A stretch of 53,661 nt of DNA, the filler included, from Sphacelaria rigidula (taxonomy: Eukaryota): the NCBI GenBank assembly GCA_964200075.2. It is 4 parts of 4 records of this genome, joined end to end, with 100 filler letters (N's around TTAATTAATTAA, not from the genome) between each part and the next. Parts side by side here need not be neighbours in the genome. Positions count along the whole stretch, not along the records: positions 13,442 to 26,782 come from CAXNAA020002953.1; positions 26,883 to 40,222 come from CAXNAA020002954.1; 2 more parts are not named here. One strand, 5' to 3'. The notes beneath the pieces were generated by a model. It saw only the letters and a program-made list of their open reading frames with translations, did no database searches and was not told where the DNA came from. The translations under genes were made by a program, and so were the position numbers. Every line of letters starts with the position of its first letter. The stretch's first letter is position 1. Below are positions 25,438-37,899 of the stretch, in pieces.

Positions 25438-25690
25438 GAGTGATGCTACGGTAGAGTTGCACTTTTTAAGCGAAAACGTTTCTCGGGGTGTTGCAGGGAT
25501 CATTTTGAGAATCGGCATCATTTTCATTTGGAAAAGACTGGAAATGATGCCGATTCACGAAAAGGCCGCTGTGTGCAATTCCATGTCCTGTCCCCGGAGA
25601 TTTGGGTAGCACAGTAAGTCCCATATATTTGGGCTCCTACAAAAACGAGGCCCAAAAACAAAAAGTGCAACCCCTATCGTAGCACTGCTC
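25438..25690. mobile_element. MITE with GAG...CTC termini and 4-bp TSD ATGT (Sola-like signature) inside the LINE
   Basis: TIR gagtgatgctacggtagagttgcacttttt / aaaaagtgcaacccctatcgtagcactgctc. ATGT at 25434-25437 and 25691-25694. It interrupts the GVAQGC motif. Confidence 0.82.
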
Positions 25691-26244
25691 ATGTATCATC
25701 CACTCTATTCAAGATATTTATTAATGACCTGATATTAGCAATACAAGCAGCAAAGCAAGGAGTCAAGGTGGGTGAAGATATGATATCAGGATTGATCTTC
25801 GCGGATGACTTTGTGGGATTCAGAAGCAGCAGAAGGATTACAGAAACAGATGGACGAGGCGCTAAAATACACCAGGAAATGGGGAGTGACAGCGAACGCC
25901 AACAAATGCGCGGTACTCGCATGTAACCGAGGTACGGAGATGAGCAAAATCTGGTAGAGTTCAAATGGAAGTGGGGAGAAGAGGAGCTGCCGGTTGTAGA
26001 CCAGTATACATACCATGACGTAGAGGTCTAGAGGAACTGTTCTTGGGATGCAGACCAATAAAAAGTAATCAAAAAGGGTAAGGCATAGACGGGCAGGATG
26101 GACGTCATCCTCAGAGACTCTCACCTAAACACTAGGATTAAGATATGTATCCCGACGAACGTGATTGTACCAAAGCTGAGGTATGCAGGAGAAGTGTGTG
26201 AGGGGAACGTGAAGTTGGTGGAGAAGTTGGAAACAGTACAGATG

Positions 26245-26354
26245 CACGGGTGGCCACTGAGGTGCCTGTATCCTCAAATTTGGACGTTACATACCTTGTG
26301 CAACGTCTCCAACGTCCAAATTCGAGGTTGCAGGCACCCCAGTGGCCACCCGTG
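26245..26354. mobile_element. 110-bp CAC...GTG palindromic MITE, 2-bp TSD TG, inside the LINE
   Basis: cacgggtggccactg...cagtggccacccgtg; removal restores LETVQM|AAAKK in frame. Confidence 0.85.
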
Positions 26355-26782
26355 TGGCAGCAGCTAAGAAAATGCTTCGATGCTCAGAAACGACGATTAA
26401 AATAGCACGAAGAGCAGAGTTGGGAATGTACTCACGTGAAACAAGCAGAGGCATGGGAAAATTGCGATGTCAATATACCTTAAAGAACATGTAGAGAAAA
26501 AGATTGCCAGCTGTAGTTGATAAGGCTGTATGGAAGAAAACTACGAAAGGGCGGGCTGGAAAAAGGTGGGGTAGAGAAGTCGAGAAAGTATGGGAGGAGA
26601 TAATAGGAAACCAAGACGAAATACTGTCCATAGGTGAAGGCGCGGGATACAAGACAAAAGTAAGAGACATGATAAAAATAAGGGGAAAAGGAGCGCTCAG
26701 ACGCACAGTACACAAAGAAGAGCACTGTGACGCTAGCAGGTCTGCTAGTACTGCAGCGTCTAAATGCTGTTGAAGGACTCCC

Positions 26783-26882
26783 NNNNNNNNNNNNNNNNNN
26801 NNNNNNNNNNNNNNNNNNNNNNNNNNTTAATTAATTAANNNNNNNNNNNNNNNNNNNNNNNNNNNNNNNNNNNNNNNNNNNN
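26783..26882. other. Artificial contig spacer
   Basis: 100-nt N block with TTAATTAATTAA. Confidence 0.97.
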
Positions 26883-26893
26883 GGAAAAAGTGC

Positions 26894-26894
<1 letters not shown>

Positions 26895-26929
<35 letters not shown>

Positions 26930-27152
26930 GTCGTCCCATCTATTCTGGACGCCGGTCCACACCATTCGGTATATGTGGGCGCACCAGCCGGGGTCACACA
27001 GGAAGAAGGCTAACACAGGAGCTTGTTGCTTTCTATTTGTTTTCAATACCCCATCTTCCTTCTGCGGTGCTTGCCTTTATTTTTCATGGCGAGAGGGGTT
27101 CAGCAGTCCCTTTCCCTCGCCGACCGTCAAGTCGAATTTCGTGCGGTGGAAC
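26895..27152 (-). mobile_element. Retroposon-like 3' end with (CA)n tail; second copy in opposite orientation at ~35352-35441
   Basis: (GT)n at 26895-26928 adjoins ...attctggacgccggtccacaccattcggtatatgtgggcgcaccagccggggtcacac. The reverse complement of 35352-35441 matches it. Confidence 0.6.
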
Positions 27153-28065
27153 ACAAAAATTACGATCTCATAGATCCTGATTTCAACGTAAATGACGATT
27201 TCTGAAATTCCGACCTAGGAGATCGGAATTTTTCTTCTTCACCGCACGTTTTCGATCGAAAAAACATGTGCTGGGACACGCCCTATGAAAAAAGAAGGTT
27301 TCTCGGACCAGACACGAGAAGCTATATGGGCAAATTTTGACTTAAACCACTGGTGTGGGGCCAACGTTCATGTGTGGTGTTGTGAGTCGAAAACGTAAGG
27401 CCGTGCCTTGTCGATACCGAAAAAAAAGCGGGAAAAGGAACAGGCGTCCAAAGGCAGCATGTTGAAACGTCGCCACAACCAACCGTAGACCCGCCCTAAC
27501 CTGGACGGCCCGATCGTCCGCGGTCAGATCACCCGACCAAACGACATGGAGGGTAATATCCGGTCATACGCATCACTGGGACCGTGATCCGTTGGGCTCG
27601 AATCACCGATACGTGCGAATCCCCCGAATCTGGAGAATGGTCGTTCAAGAAGAGTTTGGAGTACACTGACCGCTATAGCCTGCACTCTTGTACCGGCATC
27701 GTGGTGTCACTTCGGTGCAGAGCTTGACATCCAGCCAGAAAAGTACTCAGCGGGTGCAATCCAAGCGTTGTCAAAGATAGGGCCGTTCAGACTACTGCAA
27801 TATCGCTCAAAACCGCGTCTGTCTAGGTATGTATGAGAAAAATATTGAAGTGCATCATGTTTACGATTGTGGCTGCCATCACCACGCTGCATTATTGGCT
27901 TGCACTTGCTATCGTTTCTGGGCATAATTCACGCTACACCGGAAGTTGGGCATGTTTTCAGGCGTCGACGTGTAGGTAGGACGAAGAAGGCAGTTCCAAA
28001 AATAAAATGCTAGCTTTGGCCAGAGCATTGTCGTGCCTGTCGTGCTTCCGGAACAACAGCGCTTA

Positions 28066-28534
28066 GACCCACTTTAATGGCAACGAATGAATCTCGGTTT
28101 GTACGAATATGAGGATTTCAGCCCGTCTACCGGCGATTTTCTCCCCTGGATTGATTTTTCGGATCCCAGTCCGTTGGGCAACGCTAGCTGTGAGCACAGC
28201 AGTTCAATTCTCCGATTTTCTGGGCGTTGACTTTCAATACAACACAATTCTGCTGAAATCGGGACACTCCCGCATCTTCCACATTTTTTTTGTTTTTCAA
28301 AAAAATCGGAGGAGATGCGGGAGTGTCTCGATTTGGACAGAAGGGTGGTAAACCAAAATCAACGTCCAGAGAATCGGAGAATTGATCTGGTTTACTCACA
28401 GCCAGGCGAAAAACATTGCCCAACGGACTGGGGTCCGAAATATCAATCCACGGGAGAAAATCGCCTGTAGACGGGCTGAAATCCACATATTTGTACAAAA
28501 AATCGAGATTTATTTGTTGCCATAAAAGTGGGCC
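28066..28534. mobile_element. PIF/Harbinger-type foldback MITE, TSD TTA
   Basis: g(a/g)cccacttt.atggcaac ends with ~170-bp inverted arms; TTA at 28063-28065 and 28535-28537. Confidence 0.85.
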
Positions 28535-28747
28535 TTAGTCACACATCAAACACAGAAACGTGGAATTTGCAACCATGGCGAACCATTTCACGACCGTATC
28601 ATCAGAACGGCATGGATGGGGCTCAGATGACTTCGGTGAATCCCGCTGCGCTCAAACCACCTAAACTCTCGAAACAAAAGAAATGCAGATGATCGCACAC
28701 AAAATTCGGCCTGTTTGAGACAACACTGATTCTGAGGGAGACAAAAG

Positions 28748-29380
28748 AGAGTTTCGCAAAATGCTTTTTTTTGTCATTTCAGAGTGAAATATCTCAGTAA
28801 TAATAATAGTGGATTCTCGAAAATGGGGTTGAAAAAAAAGATGAGGTTCAACTCAAACGCCGTGATATCCCTGACCTATATTCATGACAAATAAATGACT
28901 TTCATGTAGACCACCCCATCCCTGCCGACCTCCCTAAAACTATTTCGAGGGATTTCTAGACTTCCGTTCCCCCAAAGGGTATGTGCGAAATCACGATTTT
29001 GAAGACAAGAAACGTCCTTTTTGCACCCCGAAATCGAGGCAAAAAAGTGCATTCGCACATTTCTTTTGGGGGAACGGAAGGCTATAATTCCCCCGAAATA
29101 GTTTTAGGGAGGTCGGGAGGGATGGGGTGATCCGTATGAAAATCATTTATCATGAATTCAGGTGAGGGTAAGCACAGCTTTGAGTTGAACCTCATTTTTT
29201 TTCAACCCCATTTTCGAGAATCCACTGTTTCAGGATCAGAGTACGGAATAAAAAAAACGCCTAATCGAAAGAAACGCATGGGGATAACACATTTGGCGGA
29301 GGGGAGATCATTTTTCGTTACACTCTGATCCTGAGATATTTGCACCCTCAAATGACCAAAAAACGCTGTCCGAAACTCTC
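28748..29380. mobile_element. Outer palindromic element interrupted by a foldback insertion
   Basis: gagagtttcg...gtcatttcagagtgaaatatctcag pairs with ctgagatatttgcaccctcaaatgacc...cgaaactctc. The left arm resumes as tcaggatcagagt after the insert. Confidence 0.7.
28806..29229. mobile_element. Foldback element, AACAG...CTGTT family (module A)
   Basis: ~190-bp inverted arms: gtggattctcgaaaatggggttgaaaa... / ...ttttcaaccccattttcgagaatccactgtt. Confidence 0.85.
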
Positions 29381-30467
29381 GAATGTCGAGCGAAGTCCCT
29401 TTTCGGACGTATGGTACAAGCAGGGGGTCCCATAACTCTAGATTGGAATCAAGACATCGCAGCCTCAAAAGTTGACATTTGGCAAGCATTTGGTCGTTTT
29501 TTTCGGTGAGTGGGGTGGGAAAGGTTAAGGGGGGCTAAGGGAGATGGGGGGAGGATATGTAACGATTTACGTCTTATACAGTAATACTACCACGGTAAGT
29601 GAATTTGCTCATGCACCAGAATGGGGGTTGCCAAGTAGCAACATGCGGCATGTTTTCAGCAGATGGATGGAGATGCAAACGCCCCAGCCACGTAGTTGCC
29701 GGAAGCTGCACCGTCGGAGGTTGTAGCGGCGCCGTCAGAGAGCCCTGTCGTTAGCCTGAGAAAGAAAGCTTGCCTGTTGCAACAGCCCAAAGGCTATATT
29801 TTGAGACCAAATATCGTCAAGAGCGCCCCGCCCCCACCGAACGTGAAACAGAATTACTCTCTATCGTCCAAAAACAGGAATAATTGGGAAGTCTCTGCCT
29901 CCTCCGCTCGACACCTACCTCCCGATACGCGATTTCTCGAGTGAACATTACAAACCGTCTGTTGAATAAATCCAACGGAGTGCATCTGGTATTCAAACGT
30001 TGACTTCTGTTGTTGTAGTAGCGCTGCTCCTGGAGCTGATCGTTGCCGGATCCGTGGTAATTGTCAGGCAACGGCAGCAGAAGGCGCACGATACTGTGGA
30101 AGGAGATGGACGGAGTGCATACATCAGCTTGATGAGATGCCGACTGTTGAAGCTATAAACATTATTTCAACTTTGAGTAGCCGCACATGCGCCTGCAATC
30201 GATTAAAGGGCTAGATTTACTTTGGGTAAATCACCATTGAAAAAGTCGTCGCTGACCTGCAGCTGTGACTTCGCTGCGTTACCAGGCAGCTCGCATATAT
30301 AAACCTTCGACTGGCAGAGTAGGTCCTTGGGGACTTGCATCTTTTTTCAATTTGAAATGTCATTTCAAGAGACATACCCTAGCGACCAATGGTAAATTTT
30401 ATGCCGCTACAAGGACGAGTACAACAACAGTACAGTACAAGTATCTAAGTATTTCTGCTTGGATCAC

Positions 30468-31199
30468 CTGTAATTGGTTGATGCGCAGGGTTGAGTTTGC
30501 GCTGGGGACAGCAGACTCCGCGAGCGCACCCACCCTCGATGCAATCGACGTACTGCCAGTAGTGCTAGACCCTGCAGTCACTGCGTTTTCTGCCCCACCG
30601 GAAGCCAAAGCCTTGTACCTGGTAGCACCATCTCTACACGTCGTGCACACGGGGAACAAACTCCAGAACATCAGGAGCACAGCCATCGAAGCACCCACCA
30701 ATGTTGTAAGCGCCCTCAATGCCGATCTGGCGATCGCACCTGATCCAACAGCGAGTCGCCACGCTTTGCCCATCACTTCGCCTGCCCTGCTGCGCATGTT
30801 CGGCTCGTTGCTGCCGTTGTCTCGCCGCCCGCGCCGCCCGCTAGTTGGTATGATCTTCGATACCCTTACTATGGACGACGCCTTGTAGGACGAGTCGTGA
30901 CTTATGCTGGTGGTATCGGTATCGAAAGATTTTCTACTCCTGTGTACCGAGAAGATCCTCGGTGAATCATCTAGGTTGTCTCGGTCAGCAGCAATCGGAT
31001 GTTTTGGCTCCAACTGCAGTTCGACGGCATCTACGATGGAAATCTGCTCTTCAGCTTCATCCCCAGACCCTATATTGGCAGGGTCTGGTGCTGCTGAGGG
31101 TGTAATATCATGACAGGTCCGATGGCGCTCAGGAGTTGTCAAGAAGAACGAGTGAGGTTGTTGCCTTGATTCGGGTGTCAGTGGAGGTGTCAAATCCAT
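30468..31199 (-). CDS. First exon of a membrane-anchored protein, possibly Ca2+-dependent PI-PLC-like (paralog of 33857-34633)
   Basis: 244 codons from ATG to a phase-0 donor CAG|GTGATC; low-complexity N-terminus, hydrophobic segment, FWSLFPVCTTCR, LRINQLQ. Confidence 0.65.
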
Positions 31200-33856
31200 G
31201 TCCGGCAGCGCGCGCTGTTCGCGCTGTTGTTGCCGCTGCCGCTACCTCGAGCAGGCTGAGTTACAGACTGCAGTCCGGCGGGTATTTTTGTATGTTATGG
31301 ATAAACAATCCACCCGCCCGCAGTCAACCTCTGCAAAAACTTTGCAGCCGCCGCTTATGCTGCTGTGCTTCTTCCTTTCAAGTGGACTTTCTCTGCGCCT
31401 TGATGTTTTTCATGCGGGAAGCTCCTCTTGTGACGGACTATTTTAGCAGCTATGCAACGCTCTGGAGCTACCCGCGAGGTCGATTGTGCCGTAGTCTTGC
31501 GAGCTCCTCGCCTCGACAACGAAACGGTTACAGTTGAAGTTGACCTCACGGAGCTCAAAAGAGAAGGAAGATCGCCGTTGCCCACAAATAGCCGATGTTG
31601 TTGACCATTGCAGCGGTGCGGCAGAGTTTGCAAAGTTTTTCCAATCAGCCTTACTGCTGTTTGTGTTATAGCTCCGCGACGGTATTCGAGGCTTTTCTGT
31701 CCCGCCGTGGGCACCCCGACAGGTGTTGTTGCTTCCTCGACAGGACGAGGTGCGTGTAGCGTGCTGGGCTATAGGTGGCCCCCAACTTTTTAGCTTTCGA
31801 TATGCGCTGAGTAAATTCGTACCGGCATGCAGCCGGTCGCGCTCTCTATAGGTGGAAATATTCTATGTGTGGTACTTACTGAAGAGTGATGGCCGTAACG
31901 GTGGCCTAGAGCAAGGCAAAGGCCGGCAATCCGATCCAGCGGTATGGTGTGTCGCGTGCCGAGCGACGACGAGTATTTTGAGTACGTACTCTGCTGGCCG
32001 GTCTCGAGCGTTTTTGCGGAGAGACTGGGCCAATGAAAACGGTTGACATTTCAAACTCGCGACCCTCAATACCGCAAGAACGGCGAAAAATCTCCACCCT
32101 GTATATACCCGGAATCCTGGAGAATATGCACACGCTACAAACGGTAGTGTGAGTACGTGCTATAGCAGGGGAAGGTGGGTAGGTGGCGCTGTCCCCGAAA
32201 TGCATGTGTCGTCTGCCGGTCATAGATACTTCGAAATACGCACGTGACCGCTGGTGTTTGCCCATCGCCCTAGCTTTGTTCGTTCGCCCTTGCTCTCGTA
32301 CCAGCAGATATAATGTTCCCATCCTACGGCCCATTACCCATTGCATGTACCGACGTGTTCAAAACCGACATACGGTCACAGTACTGTCTGCTTTATGTAC
32401 ATCATGGTACAGTAGTGCAAACGCAAGGGGTAAGTACAGTACAGCGCTGTCAGTATGGCGCGGTGCTACGCAACTGTGCGGTGCGTTCAGTCTAGCATGG
32501 GATATGCATATATAGATCGTTTCAATGATACATACTACTGTACTGTTGTGGTGACTGCACGGGCTCGTGCAGTGTACTCGTATACATACTGTTGCTGGTA
32601 CTATCGTTCCAGTTGGTATCCTCATTCGCCAACATAAAGTTACTGTAGTAGTAGTAGAATTCACACTATGATGCGGCGTAGAATCGGCATCATTTCCATT
32701 CGAAAAATGAGACAGACTCAGGCGTGAGAGTTTAGCGGCGGGCTGGTAGCTGCTGGTGTGAGGGGCGGGGTGGTTTGCTCGTACAGCACGCAGTCAAACT
32801 ATCACCGTCTGTACAGAAGGGGGCTATTTGCTAGGATTGTTGTTAATTGGTAGCAATAAACAGCCTTTTGTGTATACACACACGTACCGGAGGTTCACGA
32901 AGCCAACATATCTCAAAGATATCGGGACATATCGCAAAGCTGCGAACAGGATGAAAATCAAGATTTGGAAAACAGGACTCAATCTCGAACAACTGTGCTC
33001 CATACGGTATGATACAAACCCAGGTTTCCGCGACGTAAACCCTATTTTTCACGCGCACCATCGGCATTTCATTTCATTATTCGTTTCATCACTTCACAAG
33101 ATCCGAAGATCATGTCGAGTGAAACGAATCAATATTCAGGTGTGAACTGAAGAAAAAATAGGATATTTCATCGCACAATCACGTATAAAGTCAGCTCATC
33201 ATCACAATCAACCCCTCAATTATTTTAAGCCACGAACAAATGAAACCGAGCCCATTTTATTCATTTTGTGAACAAGTTCAATCAGTCATCAAGCAAGGTA
33301 CCTTCCACCCGATGCAACCGAAGATAAAGCCCATTATATCGACACTGTTTTCCCGAAGATCTCCGAATTATCGGCACTGGCAAGGTTCAAGGTCCCTGCA
33401 TGATGACTCTCGAACGCTTGCGAGCCCACGGCGTACACACCAAACAGCCGGCCGAAGTGCTGCGTTGCAGTCCGAATTTTGAATTTTCCGGATTTCTCCA
33501 GGGATGAAGGTTCGGAGAAAAGCTGCAAAGCCGATTCGTTTCCCGACGAGTCTGGACGCAGAGTCTAGACAGGCTGAAGAATTCCGACATCTCCGAAAGT
33601 CAGCGTCACTGATAACAATGAGCCTCAACACACGATACACTTTTTACTGCCTGTATTACAACAGTCGATATACAACATGGTATCAAACGTGGCACATCGC
33701 CTGAAATACTGGCTCCTTCAAGTCTCCTTCGCCTTGTTTTTTTTTGTTCCCCCCCCTTTCATACAACACATACAGACAGTATTTTCAAATACATACAGTC
33801 ACACACACAACACACAACACACGCGTTGTCCACCCACATCCCTCTATACTGCGGCA

Positions 33857-34633
33857 ATGACAACCTGGAAGACACAACACCACGACATATACGACAACAC
33901 GGAAAGCCACAAGGCCTCCTCACCGCCAGCTTGGCATAGCAATGGTTCATCCTCGCCATCATCAAGCGATATTTCAAGCGCAAACGAAGACAAGACGGTC
34001 CGCACTACTACTCCGCGATCTGCGCGAAAGTTTGGGCACCCCAATCCCAGTCATCATGGCGGTGACGAGACGACGGCCTGCGACCTTACGGATGAGAGCA
34101 TCGGTGTCGATGGCATGGACATGGAGAGCAACGGTCACTTCTGTGGGAGGCGGGAAACGTGGCGGCGGTTCCCTCGCGACAGCGGCGGCGCCAGGGCATG
34201 TCTTTGTTATGATTGGCACCTGCGTGACAACGCGAAAGCTGCGCAATATTCGTTGCAAGATTCTGGGATGGAAGATGTGACCACGACACGAAGAAGGCAC
34301 GACAGGCTATGTTTACTTGGCAGACCGATACGGCGATGGTTAGCAGGACCAAGAACAGTACGACGGGCGTCGCAAAAGAACGGTTGGAGGGTGTGCTGCG
34401 AGGGTGTAGTTGCCGCGTTGAGATTCACGTGGTCCGCACTTTGGATGTCGTTCATGTTGATTTGTATGGGCCTCGCTGTCCTCTTCACGTTCTGGGCGTT
34501 ATTCCCTGTGTGCACTCGGTGCCGGCATCATCACCATGCACCTCTTGGCGGCAGCCAGTATGCAACCGCTGCGGTTTTTGCAGGAGCTCTACAGGAAGCG
34601 GGTTCATCCCCGCTGTACATCAATCAGCTTCAG
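33857..34633 (+). CDS. First exon of a membrane-anchored protein, possibly Ca2+-dependent PI-PLC-like (paralog of 30468-31199)
   Basis: 259 codons from ATG to a phase-0 donor CAG|GTCAGT; hydrophobic segment, FWALFPVCTRCR, LYINQLQ. Confidence 0.68.
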
Positions 34634-37600
34634 GTCAGTCCGAAGCGGGATAGAGCAAGCGGTGACTATTTTTGTTTCACATGTGTGCGTATGACGGTTT
34701 CAGTCAGTCACTAATGACCTTCAAACTCAATGTATCCCGAGGTGCTGTCGAATGTGATCCGAGGGGAAGCCGATGCGGGCCCCCTCGCAGCGGCATCAGT
34801 AGTACCCGGTGTCCTTGTCACCTGCGTGGATGACTTCATCTTTGAATTGTTTTATACCCCCAAATCTGTATATCTTGGATGTATACATGAATCTTGAATC
34901 TTGTGTCTAGGTGTCACCCCGACTTTACGCCCCCAATACAGTGAGTCGCATTACGTGTTTGTTTTGTTGCAACTGAATGGCCACAGCAGGGTACTTTTAT
35001 CGATTCCGGTGGTGTCGCACGGTCGGAGGGAATGAAATTTACCCCTCCGTACCGCACAGTACGGTGCAACGGCAAAACTGTGGATGTGTGCGTATGTCAT
35101 CCCATCGTTGCCCAGTAAGTGGAATTTCGCCATCGAATACTTCTTTACTTACTGTGCTGACTGTTTTACTTTGAACCCAACAAAGTACTACAATACTATC
35201 AATAGCTTAACAAGACATGACGAGTAGCGCCAACCTCGCTGTCGCTGTGCTAACTAAAACTACTTTACTATTGACCTATCTGTTGTACTGCAGCCATGAT
35301 ATGCCAATGTCTCAATATACTCTCACGGAATTCAAAGCTCTCGTGTTGTCTTTCACACTATGTGACCCGGGCTGATGCGCCCACGTACACACCGAAAGGT
35401 GTAAACTGGCGTCCAAAATGGATGAGATGGCAGCACAACACCCTCACGGAATTTCCTCATACTGTAAGCGACTTCTTCTGTATTGCCGTTACAGTCCTGA
35501 AAATAGCGCCCCTTATCTTTACCTTGATTACAAAGAATACAACCATGCAGCAAGCCTCTGTTGCCCCTCGGAGCGGCTTAGTGATACGCTTCACGAGCAG
35601 AGCAGCCTGGTTGCCTCTCGAGCGAGATGGGTTTGACACAAAAACAGTAGCAGTGCCAGAGCTTTCAGCCCCAGCTGGGCCTTCCAAATTACCAAATTGC
35701 AAAATTCAGATTCATCACAGTAAGTTTCACGGTTCATTCGCTCCACATTTCTGATGTATGTTTGGGAGCGCTAGTACCTTACCCCGGTGTAGCCTAACAG
35801 TCTGGATATTATGGTGCACATGATGTATCGTTCTTTCACGTGCACCACTCGAACAACGGTGCAGTGTAATCACTGTGCGAGAGTATGTGTTCCCAACATA
35901 AAAATGATCTCTAGGAGATTTTTTTCTGGTATCGGCCTGCTCGTTTTGTTGTTGTAGTACGTACACCATTTCCGAATGGTAACATTCAATACCTGCCGTC
36001 AGGGCCAGAGGAAAGTAAAGGACGTACTTTGTACTCAGCTTCGGAATCTGTGCATGCAGAAAGCTCTGCGCACAGGGTGGGTGTGCGTGAGGGGGGGGGG
36101 GGGGGAGGGGAGACTTTTTTTCATCCATTCCCAAATGCTTTTGCTATGGATGGGTTACACCTCGACAATTCACTCGAAATGTCTGTTGAGGAGGGCATAT
36201 TCAGCGTCGTGAGGATTCAAAAGTCAAGTACCTGTTCCGTTTCTATGTATTTACGAGCTCGTTGGCCGTCCGTTCAGAGCCCCCGACAGAGATTCGTTTC
36301 GCTCATACCCAGGCGGCATTATATACAAAGGTGACGGATGCTCATTGAAACTTCTATTACTGATGATTATACATCGTGCAGTGCACTGAATAGAGTAGAC
36401 CATATACAGTACGCGTGGACTCTGAGTGGACGGTGTATGTATGTAGATAGCTGCAACGTGTGCCCAAACTAAAACCATACAATAGCTGCTGTTGCAACTA
36501 CCGATTTGTTTGGCAAATAACAACGTGCTTCGCAGAAATCAGGGGATTGAGAAATGGACTCCACACGACCATCATGATCTCATGTTGCCATCGGCAGTGG
36601 TGCTCACAGAAAAAGCTGCGCATCAGCAATAATGATTACAAAATAGCACCCGGGTGCCGGTGTTGCAGGTCAGGCAGTCGATGGGTTTGGATCGACAACA
36701 CGTATACGGCCACTGATGGTTATTCCTGTCACCATCGCGAGGTGTCCATGTATTCAATCGGCATCATTTCCACTCGAAGAATGAATTCCAGACTCAATTA
36801 AATGTCCCGTCTGTGGGCGTTTAGACAGTCATCCCGTCCGTGTGTTCGTATGTCAACCCAGTCATACTGTACCGTGGCCATACATACTGGTCATACCTAC
36901 ATGGTCGCATTTAAACCATTTTGGTAAGTTTGTGTGACGTTGGATCGTGCTTACGTACCCCCACCTCTGAAGACTGTCAATATGCACCATTGCATTCTGT
37001 CAAAAAACAACACAAACACTGTTGTCTGTGTTTCAAAGTGTGCGTGTGACGTTGGTCGTGCTCACGTTTCTCCACGCCTGAAGACTGAAAAATAAGTACA
37101 GCAACACTCAGCGCAGCGAGCGCGAACGTTGGCAATGAGTGAAATAGTATGAAGCAGCGAGGGGGCCGTTGTGCACTCGACACAATTGTGCTGGCTTGCA
37201 CGCTACAGCTCACGCTGCCGAGTAGTCTTTCGTGCTACAGAGTAGTAGTCTTTCGTGCTACAGCAATGGCTTATCGATTCGTCCATGCCAGTTTCAAGTT
37301 TCAACAGCAGTTGTTCAGGAAATCATCAACACCATGCATGCATTTCCTGCCAAGCATTGAAATTGGTGTCATCGGCCCCTGTACTGTGCTGTACGTCCAA
37401 CAGATGTTGCACGGGAGTGGATATGTAAGATTGTGCCTTGTCGTCACCAGCAATAAGTACGTTTGAGCGTATCAGCCATCCACCGTACACGGAACACACG
37501 ACAACAACGCCTAATTTGCTTGCGGTTAAATTATTTGGAGGCGTTTTCCCTTGCTTGAAAGGAACCCGTTACCGACTGCGAAAAACGATACACGCATTTA

Positions 37601-37899
37601 TTTCATTCAAAGAACAACGCCTCCTACCCGGTAACCGCTTTCGTTCTTAACCTGCCGGTACCCACATCTAGTCGGGGGGCGGGAGGTCGTCTACATGAAA
37701 ACTGTTCGTCGTTACTGTAGATCAGAGAAAGCAATGCTTTGCGGTTGAACCTCGTTTTATTGTTCAACCTACTTTTCGAGGAGACTCTCTTAGTGGGGGA
37801 TTGCTGACAAGAAATTGGCCAATCACCTGCGGGGAGAGGGAGGCGGGGGGTGGGCGGGGGGCAACTTGCTACCCGTTGCAGAATTCAACCTACTCAAGC

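Larger units (their letters stand above)
19832..26720 (+). mobile_element. 5'-truncated, degenerate non-LTR (LINE) retrotransposon RT, interrupted by three insertions
   Basis: CFYLDVQKA (19832-19857) | AYGTVWGKGLW (from 25262)...GVAQGC...LFKIFINDL...LIFADDFVG...NANKCAVL...VPKLRYAGEVCEG: classic LINE RT motifs with stops and frameshifts. Confidence 0.88.

Noticed and set aside
13038..27826. ARM-like gene continuing across the TE nest into the exon-like block at ~27680
   Set aside because: It would cross two artificial contig joins.
30265..30888. 207-aa plus-strand ORF
   Set aside because: It is the antisense shadow of the minus-strand exon, which has paralog and splice support.
33341..33607. 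Weak inverted repeat suggesting an old MITE between the paralogs
   Set aside because: The arms are too diverged and no TSD could be identified.
35371..35412. Possible hammerhead ribozyme (ctgatg...gaaa)
   Set aside because: The core reads CUGAUGC, not CUGANGA, and the GAAA is a tetraloop. The required three-stem pairing was not found.
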